A DNA stretch of 31,846 bases from positions 1 through 31,846 of the IMG/VR virus record IMGVR_UViG_3300037419_001489; one strand, written 5' to 3'. The translations under genes and the position numbers were made by a program. The stretch comes from a virus. Its lineage: Duplodnaviria; Caudoviricetes. Below the pieces are notes generated by a model. It did not search any database, was not told the DNA's origin, and worked only from the letters and a program-made list of their open reading frames with translations. This document shows, piece after piece, positions 8,619 to 16,950 of the stretch. The first letter of the stretch is position 1, and each line of letters begins with the position of its first letter.

Positions 8619-9649
8619 CAGACGCCAGCCTCCCGCTTGATTTTCACCCGGCCCGTGATGACCAGGGCGACGCCGGCCACGGCACACGCGATGATCGCCA
8701 GCGCAATCATGCGGTCCTGAATGGCGGTCACGGCGCCGATGACGCCCGGGATGCCGGCCAGCAAGCCGCCGCTGATGGTCATGGATTGCGTGAGCGGCTT
8801 GCCGTCCACCGGGAGCCGCACCTTGCCGCCCGTGGCCTCGCGCACGGCCGCGTTGATGACGGCCGGCGCCATGCCCTCCAGGGCGCCCGGGAGCGCCGGG
8901 GGCTCGGGCGAGCGCGGCAGGCCCCGCGCGTCTGGCCGAAGCGATCCCATGGGCGTCAGGGGCGCTAGAATGTCCGCAGCGTCGAACAGCGCAGCCCGGC
9001 CGACCGTGGCGGCCTTCAACGCGGCCGTGAACGCGGCGGCGACCCGGGCGAACGTCTCGGCCTTGTCCCGCCCGTTAATGACCGCGCGGGCCGCGATGCG
9101 GCGGCGCTTCATCTCGGCGTCGGGGTGGTCCTGGCCGTCGAAATAGTCGGCCAACTTCCGGCCGGTGAAGAGGCCGTGAAACATGCCCTCAAACAGGATC
9201 GCAATGGCCACCGTCTTTTCCAGGGCCAAATCCGGGTTGTTGACCAGATCCACCCCGAGCCGCTGGCTAAACAGGGTGTAATTCCGCCGACCGGTGATCT
9301 GGCACGGGCAGCGGCCGTAGTATTTCGCGCCGTCGCCCGGTTGGGTGTTCCCGAGCTGCTGCGCCACGCTCGGCCGATGGCCGCGCACGTCGTACATCCG
9401 CGTAAAATAGGACTGGCGGGTTTCGCCCCGCGGGGCGCCCTCGCGCACGTCCCACCGCATCGTGCCGGTTTCGCCGTAGGCGGTCGCCAGGATGTAGCCG
9501 AGCTTGTGCAGATCGCCGTCCGCGAGCGGCGACCGCTCCCATTCGTCCAGGATCGCGCCGCAGCCGTCCACGTTCTGTTGCGTGAGCCGCCCGCCGAAGG
9601 GATTAAGCCGCACCGCGTTGTAAAACAGCGTGCGATTGATCGAAGCCAT
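8618..9649 (-). CDS. Endolysin, glycoside hydrolase family 19-like, with C-terminal membrane domain
   Basis: YILATAYGETG and YYGRCPCQITGRRNY are GH19 motifs; GVDLVNNPDLAL; ARAVINGRDKA; hydrophobic C-terminal tail. Confidence 0.9.
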   Translation of the reverse strand: MASINRTLFYNAVRLNPFGGRLTQQNVDGCGAILDEWERSPLADGDLHKLGYILATAYGETGTMRWDVREGAPRGETRQSYFTRMYDVRGHRPSVAQQLGNTQPGDGAKYYGRCPCQITGRRNYTLFSQRLGVDLVNNPDLALEKTVAIAILFEGMFHGLFTGRKLADYFDGQDHPDAEMKRRRIAARAVINGRDKAETFARVAAAFTAALKAATVGRAALFDAADILAPLTPMGSLRPDARGLPRSPEPPALPGALEGMAPAVINAAVREATGGKVRLPVDGKPLTQSMTISGGLLAGIPGVIGAVTAIQDRMIALAIIACAVAGVALVITGRVKIKREAGV

Positions 9650-9655
9650 TCCGCA

Positions 9656-10144
9656 TTACTCCCGCACGGGGCTTTCCGAAGCCCTCACGTCGTCGGGGGA
9701 GCGGAATTGCGTCGCTTGCCCGAATTCAAATTCATCAATCCACGGGTCGCCGGCCGAACGCGGCACCAGCCATTCCCACGGATTGCACCGGCTTTCGCCG
9801 TAGCTGTAGACATACGCCCGCCCGAGCTTTTTTGTCGGCTCGGTCGGGACTTTCAACACGAACCGTTCATGGCCGAGCCGGCCGAAATCCGCATCGTACG
9901 GCGTCATGTTGAAGCTGCGCCCGCCGTCCGGGTACTGCACAAACCGTTTTACCACGGTGTCGCACCGAAAAACGCGAAACCCGTCGATTTGGATTTCCAC
10001 CGGCTCGCCCGGCTTGACGATCGGGGTGAGGACTTTCCGGCCGAGCACCTGATACGGGTATTGCCCCTGTGTGATCCAACCGCCGAGCGCCGCCCCCACG
10101 CCGGCAATCAAGAGAATTCCAGCCCACCCGAGCAACGCGCGCAT
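9656..10144 (-). CDS. Membrane-anchored protein with periplasmic beta domain (lysis-cassette accessory)
   Basis: Likely start MRALLGWAGILLIAGVGAALGGW (one TM); two Cys (RCD, RCNP). Confidence 0.7.
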   Translation of the reverse strand: MRALLGWAGILLIAGVGAALGGWITQGQYPYQVLGRKVLTPIVKPGEPVEIQIDGFRVFRCDTVVKRFVQYPDGGRSFNMTPYDADFGRLGHERFVLKVPTEPTKKLGRAYVYSYGESRCNPWEWLVPRSAGDPWIDEFEFGQATQFRSPDDVRASESPVRE

Positions 10145-10149
10145 CGTCT

Positions 10150-10497
10150 TCAAAATAGCCCCCGGATTGCGGATAAAACGCCCGAAATCGTCGCGGGCAG
10201 CTTTTGCAAGTTGTCTCCGGCGGCGACGGCACCGGAGAGCCCGATAGTAAAGGCCCACCATGCGCGCCACGCCCATTTGATCGCCGTTTGCACCCAAAAG
10301 CACAGTTTTTGGGCGTATTCGATCCGCGCCACGTCCGCGGCGTCCAGTCTCAAAAACCATTCTTGAGCCTCCCGCCCGGCATGGTGGAATTCCGCCTTGT
10401 CTGCCCTTGTCCACGGACCCATCTCCCCGGCGGGATGGGCCTCATATTCGCGACGGTCGGCATTTTCATCCGGCCGCCGCCCAAATTTCCGACCCAT
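10150..10497 (-). CDS. Putative holin-like membrane protein
   Basis: 115 aa, charged N-terminus, Trp-rich hydrophobic segment WAWRAWWAFTIGLSGAV; upstream of the endolysin. Confidence 0.5.
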   Translation of the reverse strand: MGRKFGRRPDENADRREYEAHPAGEMGPWTRADKAEFHHAGREAQEWFLRLDAADVARIEYAQKLCFWVQTAIKWAWRAWWAFTIGLSGAVAAGDNLQKLPATISGVLSAIRGLF

Positions 10498-10512
10498 TCC
10501 CGCCCCCGGGGT

Positions 10513-11154
10513 TTATTCCTCGATTAAATTCGCCGCCTCGAAAGCGGCTTGAATATCCTCCGGGCTGAGATTGAAGGCCGCGCCGATTTTCTGGACGTTC
10601 GGGTTATTGACGACCCACCGCTGCGCGCGGGAGAACCACGTTTGCAGCTCATAATCCCCGGACGCCGCCACCAGCTTTTCCGTGGCGATTGCGAGGTTCG
10701 GCGCACCCGCGACCACGGAGCCGTCATGCGGCATCCGCGAGAGCTGAATAAGCGCCTGCGACGCCGCGATGGACACCACCGGGAGCTTGGCCCGCGGCAC
10801 CAGGGCCTTTTTGGTCGGGTCGTAGCCCTGCTGTTCGAACGATTTCCACGGCGCCGGGTCGTCCGGGTCGAGCCCCGAGACTTCCAGGAGGCGCAGGCCC
10901 GCCGGGAACACCAGGGACGGGTCCCGAAACAGCCCCATGGCGATTTCCTGGCCCGTCGCCGGGTCCCGGATTGTCGTGGCAAGCGCGGTGCCGGGCGTGA
11001 AGTCGCCCAACCCCCGCGCGAAGTCGTACCAATCCACACCGTCACTCAGGCGCCGCGCGAACAGCACCGGCATAGACAAGCCGAGCGCATAAGCCGGTAG
11101 CGGGTCAGGGGTGTAGCGCTCCCACTCGCCAAGATCTTCGAAAGTATAAGGCAT
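10513..11154 (-). CDS. Tail fibre assembly chaperone-like protein
   Basis: DGVDWYDF motif and C-terminal W..RA....NP.V..IG..FNLS.EDI..AFEAA; directly downstream of the fibre gene. Confidence 0.7.
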   Translation of the reverse strand: MPYTFEDLGEWERYTPDPLPAYALGLSMPVLFARRLSDGVDWYDFARGLGDFTPGTALATTIRDPATGQEIAMGLFRDPSLVFPAGLRLLEVSGLDPDDPAPWKSFEQQGYDPTKKALVPRAKLPVVSIAASQALIQLSRMPHDGSVVAGAPNLAIATEKLVAASGDYELQTWFSRAQRWVVNNPNVQKIGAAFNLSPEDIQAAFEAANLIEE

Positions 11155-11166
11155 TGCCGAACCCTC

Positions 11167-12030
11167 TTACACGTAGCCGATCGTGAGCCATCCTTGGCTA
11201 GGCACGTTTACTTGGAAGAAACGCCACCGGAACCCGGCCGGGAGATACACGCCACCCGCGGAGCTATTGTAATAAGTCATTCGGCTGACAATCACCCCGC
11301 CGCTGTAGGGCTCATTATAGCTCACCCCGTTGGCGTTCCAGTCGTTGCCGAGATCCCCGGCGTAGGCCATTCGTGCGCTTACGACGACGTTGTTATAGAT
11401 GTTGTTGCAGCGGGCCTCAATTCGGGTGTTGAGGTCGCCGAATTGCTTGGTCGAGACCGAGCCGTCCGTGCCGACTGAGAAGTATTCAGTCTGCTCGGTA
11501 TCGTCCGCGAGCTGAAACCGGTTTCCGCCGATAACCCGGGCCTTCCATGCGCCGACGCCCGTGTACTCCCACCGAAGATTAGGGCTTCGGCTGGTGGCCC
11601 CTGTAAGCTTCAAATCGCCGGTCATCACCGACGTGCCGTCTTTCGCGACCTTGCCGTCGATATAGGTTTTCAGATCTCCGAACTGCTTTGAGACGATGGC
11701 GCCGGTAGCGCCGTTGATGTTGAGTATATCCGTCGCGGCCGCAACATCGTAGACACGGAACGCGCCGCTTGCCGAATAGACGACTTGGGATGACCCGACA
11801 CTATCGCGGGGCATGAGCTGAATGCCGCCCGTATTGCCAGTGAAAAGCAATTGCCCCGCCACCGCCACGGAGCCGTCTTTGAGCACCGCGTTTTTCGCGT
11901 TGCTGTCAACGGACTTCGCCCATGTGTCGATTGCCTGAAAATTGGCGTTGTACTTGTCGCCCCACGTGTCCCTGGAGCCGCCAACTTCCGGCTTCGTCAG
12001 ATTGAGAAATTCGGTATAGGTATCGGCCAT
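11167..12030 (-). CDS. Tail fibre / receptor-binding protein
   Basis: N-terminal anchor LTKPEVGGSRDTWGDKYNANF; two KDG...G.L..TG...KQFGDL repeats; aromatic-rich tip. Confidence 0.85.
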   Translation of the reverse strand: MADTYTEFLNLTKPEVGGSRDTWGDKYNANFQAIDTWAKSVDSNAKNAVLKDGSVAVAGQLLFTGNTGGIQLMPRDSVGSSQVVYSASGAFRVYDVAAATDILNINGATGAIVSKQFGDLKTYIDGKVAKDGTSVMTGDLKLTGATSRSPNLRWEYTGVGAWKARVIGGNRFQLADDTEQTEYFSVGTDGSVSTKQFGDLNTRIEARCNNIYNNVVVSARMAYAGDLGNDWNANGVSYNEPYSGGVIVSRMTYYNSSAGGVYLPAGFRWRFFQVNVPSQGWLTIGYV

Positions 12031-12036
12031 CGGGGC

Positions 12037-12858
12037 TCACTCCGCGGGCGACCACGGTCCGGCGGCGCCGCCGACGTAGGTCCAAGGATCAGGGGAGGCC
12101 CCGGGAATGTCCTCGCCCCATGCGGGGTCCGGGGTCCGTCCGGGTATCGTCCAGGTGACGGGGAGCCCGGGAATGGCCGGGTCCCATGGCAGGGGCGGCG
12201 TCCGTCCAGGCGCAAGCAAGTTGCTCCAGCTATAGGACACGAACGCCCGGCCAGTGAAGACAGCCGCGCCCGGCTGAAACCGAGCGGTGAACAGCAACCG
12301 CGGGGTGCCGTGACCGGAGGCGCGGGCGGGGCCGCGGGCGTGGAGGATCGGCGCCGTGTAGCCGTGCGCCCGGCCGGAGGCGGCGCCGCCGTAGCGCCGG
12401 CCCCGGTGCCAGATGACCCGCACTCGGGGCGCCGCGTGGCCCGAAATCCGGGCCGGAGACGGCAGGAACCGCCCGCCGAGCCGCAACAGGACCTGGGACC
12501 GGCCGGAGGCGCCCCACGGCCGCCCTGCGGCGCGGAATTCCTTCGGGACGTACGACACCGCGCCATCGCCCGCGAACACGCCCGGGGACGGCAGGCCGTG
12601 CCAGACCGGGCGCAGCTCCCACGCGGCCCGGCCGGCGGCGCTCGGCCCCACCGGAGCGCGCACGTACCACAGCGCCACGATCGCCCGCGTCCGGCCGGCG
12701 AAGGCCGCCGCGGCGCGGGTCGGGTGGAACAGCGGCGACAGCCACCAGCGCGAACGCCCGGCACCCCCGCCCGACGCCCCCTTGCCGGAGACGTTGACGG
12801 GGGTGGCCGTGGCGAAGTTGCCGACGCCGAAGTCACCCTGGCCGAAGGTCGAGGTCAT
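12037..12858 (-). CDS. Putative virion fibre/structural protein with FGxGxFG N-terminus and Trp-spaced C-terminus
   Basis: ATGA overlap with upstream stop at 12855-12858; MTSTFGQGDFGVGNF; C-term W at ~10-aa spacing. Confidence 0.7.
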   Translation of the reverse strand: MTSTFGQGDFGVGNFATATPVNVSGKGASGGGAGRSRWWLSPLFHPTRAAAAFAGRTRAIVALWYVRAPVGPSAAGRAAWELRPVWHGLPSPGVFAGDGAVSYVPKEFRAAGRPWGASGRSQVLLRLGGRFLPSPARISGHAAPRVRVIWHRGRRYGGAASGRAHGYTAPILHARGPARASGHGTPRLLFTARFQPGAAVFTGRAFVSYSWSNLLAPGRTPPLPWDPAIPGLPVTWTIPGRTPDPAWGEDIPGASPDPWTYVGGAAGPWSPAE

Positions 12859-13313
12859 GCGGCCGGCGGCTGGTAGCCGGTGAGCTGGAATTGCCCGACC
12901 GGGACCGTCATCCGGTCGCCCGCCCGCACCGTCCGGCGATCGGCCACGGCGCTCGGGCTCACGGCCCACAGGTTGCCGGCGGCGTCGAACAGCCCGAGCG
13001 CGACGATTTCGCCCCACGCCTCCTGTGCCTCGGGATAGCTGAATTCCGCGGCGTTCGAGACGGTCGGCGGGGCGTTGGCCGGGTTGGTGGTCGTCGTGGC
13101 CCCGAGCGGCTGGCGCGCATAGCTCGGGTTCGTGGCGCTCGACACCTCCACCACGTCGTCCCGGCCGACGACCTTGGTGGCGTCATAGCCGGCCTTGCCG
13201 AGCATCAGCCCAATCCGCCAGTCCGCCGCCGCAACCGGGATCGGCGTGGCCTGGAAAACGGCCAGATGAATGCGATTTTCCGCGTAACGGGTCCAAACCG
13301 TATCGAACGCCAT
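12855..13313 (-). CDS. Small phage structural protein (fibre/spike base-like family)
   Basis: EVS....SYARQ...SNAAEFSYPEA...WGEIVALGLFDAAGNL...V.AGD pattern typical of this widespread virion family. Confidence 0.75.
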   Translation of the reverse strand: MAFDTVWTRYAENRIHLAVFQATPIPVAAADWRIGLMLGKAGYDATKVVGRDDVVEVSSATNPSYARQPLGATTTTNPANAPPTVSNAAEFSYPEAQEAWGEIVALGLFDAAGNLWAVSPSAVADRRTVRAGDRMTVPVGQFQLTGYQPPAA

Positions 13314-13970
13314 TTAGCTGTACCTCCCGCCCATGCGCCGCGCCGGCCGCATGACCAGCGGGCCGTCCCCATATTTCGCGTCCTGAAATGCCTCATTCAG
13401 GCGCGCAATTTCCTGTGTCACCATCCCTTCCCGCACCAGGGCTTCGTCCCGCTCCAGCCAAAAGCGATGCCCGAAAATCAGAGCGGCGGATAAATACAGA
13501 TCCTCATAATTTTCCAGGATCGCATTCGTGTCCGCGTCGGCCTGCGGGGCTTTCAGCTTGGCGAAATACCAAAGCGAAATCTGCGCGGTGGTCGTGCTGT
13601 AGGGGGCAATTTCGATTTCGTCCCCGTGCGTCGTGTAGTAGCCGGGCGAGTCCGGCGCCCACGTCGCGGCGGCCAGCGTCGCCAGCTCGGCCGGCGACAC
13701 GTACAACAGCGGCCCGCGTGATACGCCCTGGCGCACCTCCCCGACCGGGTTGGACGCCAGCCGGACTTCGTTCGCGGACAGAAAATCGGCCGGCACGTTG
13801 AACCGGGCGGCCGTGAGCGGCAAAACCCGGTGGGTGAGCATTTCTTTCACCCGCAAGTCCCGATTGATCCGCGCCGTGGCCGAGCGGACCCACGCCTTGA
13901 CTTCCTCCGGGTCGTTGTCGTCACGGGCCAGGGCGCGCGTGACGCGGGCGGCGAGGGTCGCGTAATCCAT
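13314..13970 (-). CDS. Head-tail adaptor (tail tubular protein A-like)
   Basis: MDYATL...ATARINRDLRVKEM...PGYYT...IAPY...DLYLSAAL; TGATG coupling; position after the capsid genes. Confidence 0.85.
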   Translation of the reverse strand: MDYATLAARVTRALARDDNDPEEVKAWVRSATARINRDLRVKEMLTHRVLPLTAARFNVPADFLSANEVRLASNPVGEVRQGVSRGPLLYVSPAELATLAAATWAPDSPGYYTTHGDEIEIAPYSTTTAQISLWYFAKLKAPQADADTNAILENYEDLYLSAALIFGHRFWLERDEALVREGMVTQEIARLNEAFQDAKYGDGPLVMRPARRMGGRYS

Positions 13971-14272
13971 CAGACGCGGCCCTCCCACACCCGAAAGTCG
14001 CGATATTCGGGATTGTTGAGGACGCGTTTCCAGGCGTCCTCATCGTGGAATGAGCCGTCCAGCATCATTTTCTCTACGATCGGCATGGGGATGCGCGCCG
14101 CGAGGCGAAAATCGCCCTTTTGCGACGGCTGCTCACGCAGCGCCCGGTTTTCCCGAATGAGCTGGTCACACTCCATTTCGGAGGCGATGACGAAACGCCC
14201 GTCCTCGGTGTCGTTGTGCGCGTGGCGACGCACAACGCCGTTATTCACATAGTCGAAATTCCGATGGTCCAC
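13970..14272 (-). CDS. Hypothetical protein (conserved post-capsid gene)
   Basis: GTG start with GAGGG RBS; ARIP..IVE....LNNPEYRDFRVWEGRV. Confidence 0.75.
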   Translation of the reverse strand: MDHRNFDYVNNGVVRRHAHNDTEDGRFVIASEMECDQLIRENRALREQPSQKGDFRLAARIPMPIVEKMMLDGSFHDEDAWKRVLNNPEYRDFRVWEGRV

Positions 14273-14283
14273 GGCACCCTCAC

Positions 14284-14321
14284 AAACGCAAAAGGGGCGC
14301 CGGAGAAATCCCCGACGCCCC
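14284..14321 (-). terminator. Rho-independent terminator after the major capsid gene
   Basis: Minus strand GGGGCGUCGGGG-AUUU-CUCCGGCGCCCC (12-bp stem) followed by UUUUGCGUUU. Confidence 0.8.
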
Positions 14322-14355
14322 GAGCGAAAATCCGTACTCGGGTGGATTTTTAGGG

Positions 14356-15369
14356 TTAGGCGACCTGGGTGGTGATCAGGTCGGAATTGACGTTCGCCGC
14401 GCCCTTAAGGCCGACAATGACGCCGTGCGCCGCCTCATTGCGCATTTCCACGCCCCACTCCGCGAGCATGAGGCGGGTTTCCGCGTCACCGATTTTCGCG
14501 ATGGGCGTCTGCCGCAGCGTGCGGTAGTAGGCGACCGCCAGATAGGCCGGATCGAGGAAAAGGGCGGTGCCCTTGTCCAGCCACCGCGACGGCAGGGCCT
14601 TCACCCGGCCAAAGTCGCTCACGTACACGTCCACGGTCGCGGCCACCTCGCGCTGGCCCACGAGCACCTGGGTCGTATCGCGGCCCCGGAAGGTCGAGAA
14701 CGTTTGCTTGAGCAGCGGCGGCAGGACGATCAAGCGCGGCTCGGCGCCCTTGTCGTAGCACCGGGCCATGACGGTCTGGAGCATGCTTTCCGTGAACTCC
14801 ACCCGGTCGGCGTCCGCGATGACCGGATAAGGGTCGACTTCCGACGCCGGCAGGGCACCGACCGGCGTCCCGTCCTTAACCGGCACGAACGCGTTGGTCC
14901 GCAGCCAGTGAATGAGGCCGCGGGTCCGGCGCGGGGTCGGGTTGTCGGCGTCATCGCCGCGGTTCATGGCCTGCGCGCTCGACAGGATGATTTCCATGTC
15001 GCGCTTGAGCGCCTTGCCGTTGAGGGCCATTTGCGCCCCCATCTCGCTCGGCCTGCCGGCGGCGTCGGCGGCTTCCTGCGAGCCCGAAACCGTCGCGTCG
15101 CGCGACGAAATCTGGCACACGTTGTTGAGCCGGATCGTGGGCGTGGACGGGCTGCGGTCCAGCTCGAAACCTTCCTGTCTGGCATTATCACCATTCGGGC
15201 TGGGGAGCTTTTCCACCTGCCAATCAAAGCCGCGATTGGTCACGTTGCGACGGGCCGAAGAATTGAAAATCGGCGTGTCGAACGGGTCGATATTGTAGAT
15301 TTTCGCGGACAGATCCTCGCGGTTGCCCTGGGCGGAATAGGTTGTGTATGCGTTCCGAACCTTTGCCAA
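14356..15369 (-). CDS. Major capsid protein (HK97 fold, SU10/DUF5309-like)
   Basis: GNREDLS..IYNI.P.DTP, N.CQIS, K.LKRDME, DVYVSDFG, EWGVEMRNEAAHG; TTG start 5 nt after GGAGG; followed by a terminator. Confidence 0.93.
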   Translation of the reverse strand: MAKVRNAYTTYSAQGNREDLSAKIYNIDPFDTPIFNSSARRNVTNRGFDWQVEKLPSPNGDNARQEGFELDRSPSTPTIRLNNVCQISSRDATVSGSQEAADAAGRPSEMGAQMALNGKALKRDMEIILSSAQAMNRGDDADNPTPRRTRGLIHWLRTNAFVPVKDGTPVGALPASEVDPYPVIADADRVEFTESMLQTVMARCYDKGAEPRLIVLPPLLKQTFSTFRGRDTTQVLVGQREVAATVDVYVSDFGRVKALPSRWLDKGTALFLDPAYLAVAYYRTLRQTPIAKIGDAETRLMLAEWGVEMRNEAAHGVIVGLKGAANVNSDLITTQVA

Positions 15370-15415
15370 TTCATCCTCCGGTGGGCGCCGGGATTTCCGG
15401 CGCCCTGTCCCGGGG

Positions 15416-16576
15416 TCAGCCCTCGGCGCGGATCATTTCGGCAAAGGCCGACGCCGCGTCCTGAACGGACCCCGTGCGCTGCAACCTGCGCTCCGCATTG
15501 CGGATCGCGTTTCGGTTGCCGGTGCGCGGCGGTCGTGACTTCGGGCGGCTCTCGGCGGAATTCTTCGGGGCACCCGCGGACGCCTTTTTCCCGGCGACGC
15601 GCTGGTTTTCCCGGAGGCGGTCGTACATGGCGGCCTTATACAGGGTGATTTGTGCCCTGTGATCGGTCGCGCCTTGCTCCAATTCCTCTTGAGAATAGCC
15701 GGCGGATTTCCCGTAAGCCATAATCGTTTGACGGAAGGAATTGGCCTTCTTCTCGTCCCGCAGCATCGGCATTTTCTGCAAAAGCTCGCGCTCTTGCGTT
15801 TCGAGATACCGTTGCGTCGCCCGCTCATTTTCGGCGGTCTGGTCCGCCAAAAGGTTTTCGCGCGCCGCGTGGATAGCTCGGGCTTTTTCGAGAAGGCCGT
15901 TCCAATGCTCTTGCGCGGCGATGTAGGCTTGCGGATTGCTCGCCTTCATCGCGTTCCAATCCTCTTGCGAGGGCTGGAGAGCTGCGATCAAATCCAGGGC
16001 CTGTTGCAGGGTGTGGTCCGTCCGCAACCGCGTCTGGACCGTTTCCTGCGCGTAGGTCTGGATTTCTTCGTACTCGCGCGCATTGCGCTCGGTCTTCTGG
16101 CGGTAGTCGGCTTCCATCTGGTAGGACGCGAGGGCGTCGCGGAGCTTGACCTTCTGGACTTCGCCGTTGACCTTGACTTCGTATTCGTCGTCCAGGGGGT
16201 CGCCCTGGTCGTCGCCGTCGTCGTCCTCGGTGTCGTCCTGGTCGTCCGCGTCGGGGTCGTCCTCCGCGTCGTCCTCCGGCTCGGCGTCGCCGTCCAGAAG
16301 GTCGTCCCGCAGCGGGTCGTCCCCGTCGTCTTCCTCGCCGTCCCCGCGCTCCCCGGAGGGTTGGCGCTCGGATTGGCCGGCATCCGGGCTTGCAGTGGCG
16401 TCCGCCGGAGCGGGCGACGGGCGTGCGGGACCTTCGTCCTCATCCTCGCGCTTGCGGGGGCGGCCTACGCCGCGACCCTCTTCCGCGAGCATGGCGGTGA
16501 AGTCTTGCGCCGCCGTCTCGACACTGTGGCCTTCGTTCCCCGAAGGGTTGACGATTGAGCCATTGCCATCAGACAT
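15416..16576 (-). CDS. Capsid scaffolding protein
   Basis: Acidic N-terminal tract, VKVNGE..KV.L....SYQ.EADY.QKT motif, C-term ..L.RTGSV.DAA; directly upstream of the capsid gene. Confidence 0.88.
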   Translation of the reverse strand: MSDGNGSIVNPSGNEGHSVETAAQDFTAMLAEEGRGVGRPRKREDEDEGPARPSPAPADATASPDAGQSERQPSGERGDGEEDDGDDPLRDDLLDGDAEPEDDAEDDPDADDQDDTEDDDGDDQGDPLDDEYEVKVNGEVQKVKLRDALASYQMEADYRQKTERNAREYEEIQTYAQETVQTRLRTDHTLQQALDLIAALQPSQEDWNAMKASNPQAYIAAQEHWNGLLEKARAIHAARENLLADQTAENERATQRYLETQERELLQKMPMLRDEKKANSFRQTIMAYGKSAGYSQEELEQGATDHRAQITLYKAAMYDRLRENQRVAGKKASAGAPKNSAESRPKSRPPRTGNRNAIRNAERRLQRTGSVQDAASAFAEMIRAEG

Positions 16577-16602
16577 TTTTCTGCCTCTCTGGTTGCACGC
16601 TG

Positions 16603-16950
16603 TCAATCGCCGGAAAGGTCATCGGCGGGGCTGTGAAGATGAATTTCGGCCGCAACTGCGCCTAGCCGAGACTCGATTGCGGAAAGCGCCTCCAACTCAT
16701 ACCGAGCGGCTTCCCGCTCGGTCGCGCCGCCCGGCCCCATTTCGGAATTCTCAAACCGGGCGAGGGCGGACCTTTTCAGGCCGTCCATAAGGTCCACGAA
16801 CACCGGATTTTCCCGGAGGTGGACAGCGATTTCCGCCGTCTCCCGGGACACGGTGGGCCGGATCGCGGTCGGGCCGGGCCGCCCCATTTTCAGGGGCGGC
16901 TTTTCCTCGCGGGCCGCGGCCGGAAAGCGGGTCTGTCGATTAAGCGCCAT
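16603..16950 (-). CDS. Hypothetical protein between portal and scaffold
   Basis: L.ENPVF...M..LK...EREAA...L.AL pattern; conserved position; overlaps the portal stop. Confidence 0.75.
   Translation of the reverse strand: MALNRQTRFPAAAREEKPPLKMGRPGPTAIRPTVSRETAEIAVHLRENPVFVDLMDGLKRSALARFENSEMGPGGATEREAARYELEALSAIESRLGAVAAEIHLHSPADDLSGD

Noticed and set aside
11167-12030. Tail-fibre inversion system or DGR target
   Set aside because: No inverted alternative tip, flanking inverted repeats, reverse transcriptase or template repeat seen in the window
14340-14370. Programmed frameshift or readthrough extending the capsid protein
   Set aside because: No slippery heptamer; TAA is followed by a second in-frame TAA two codons later and then a terminator
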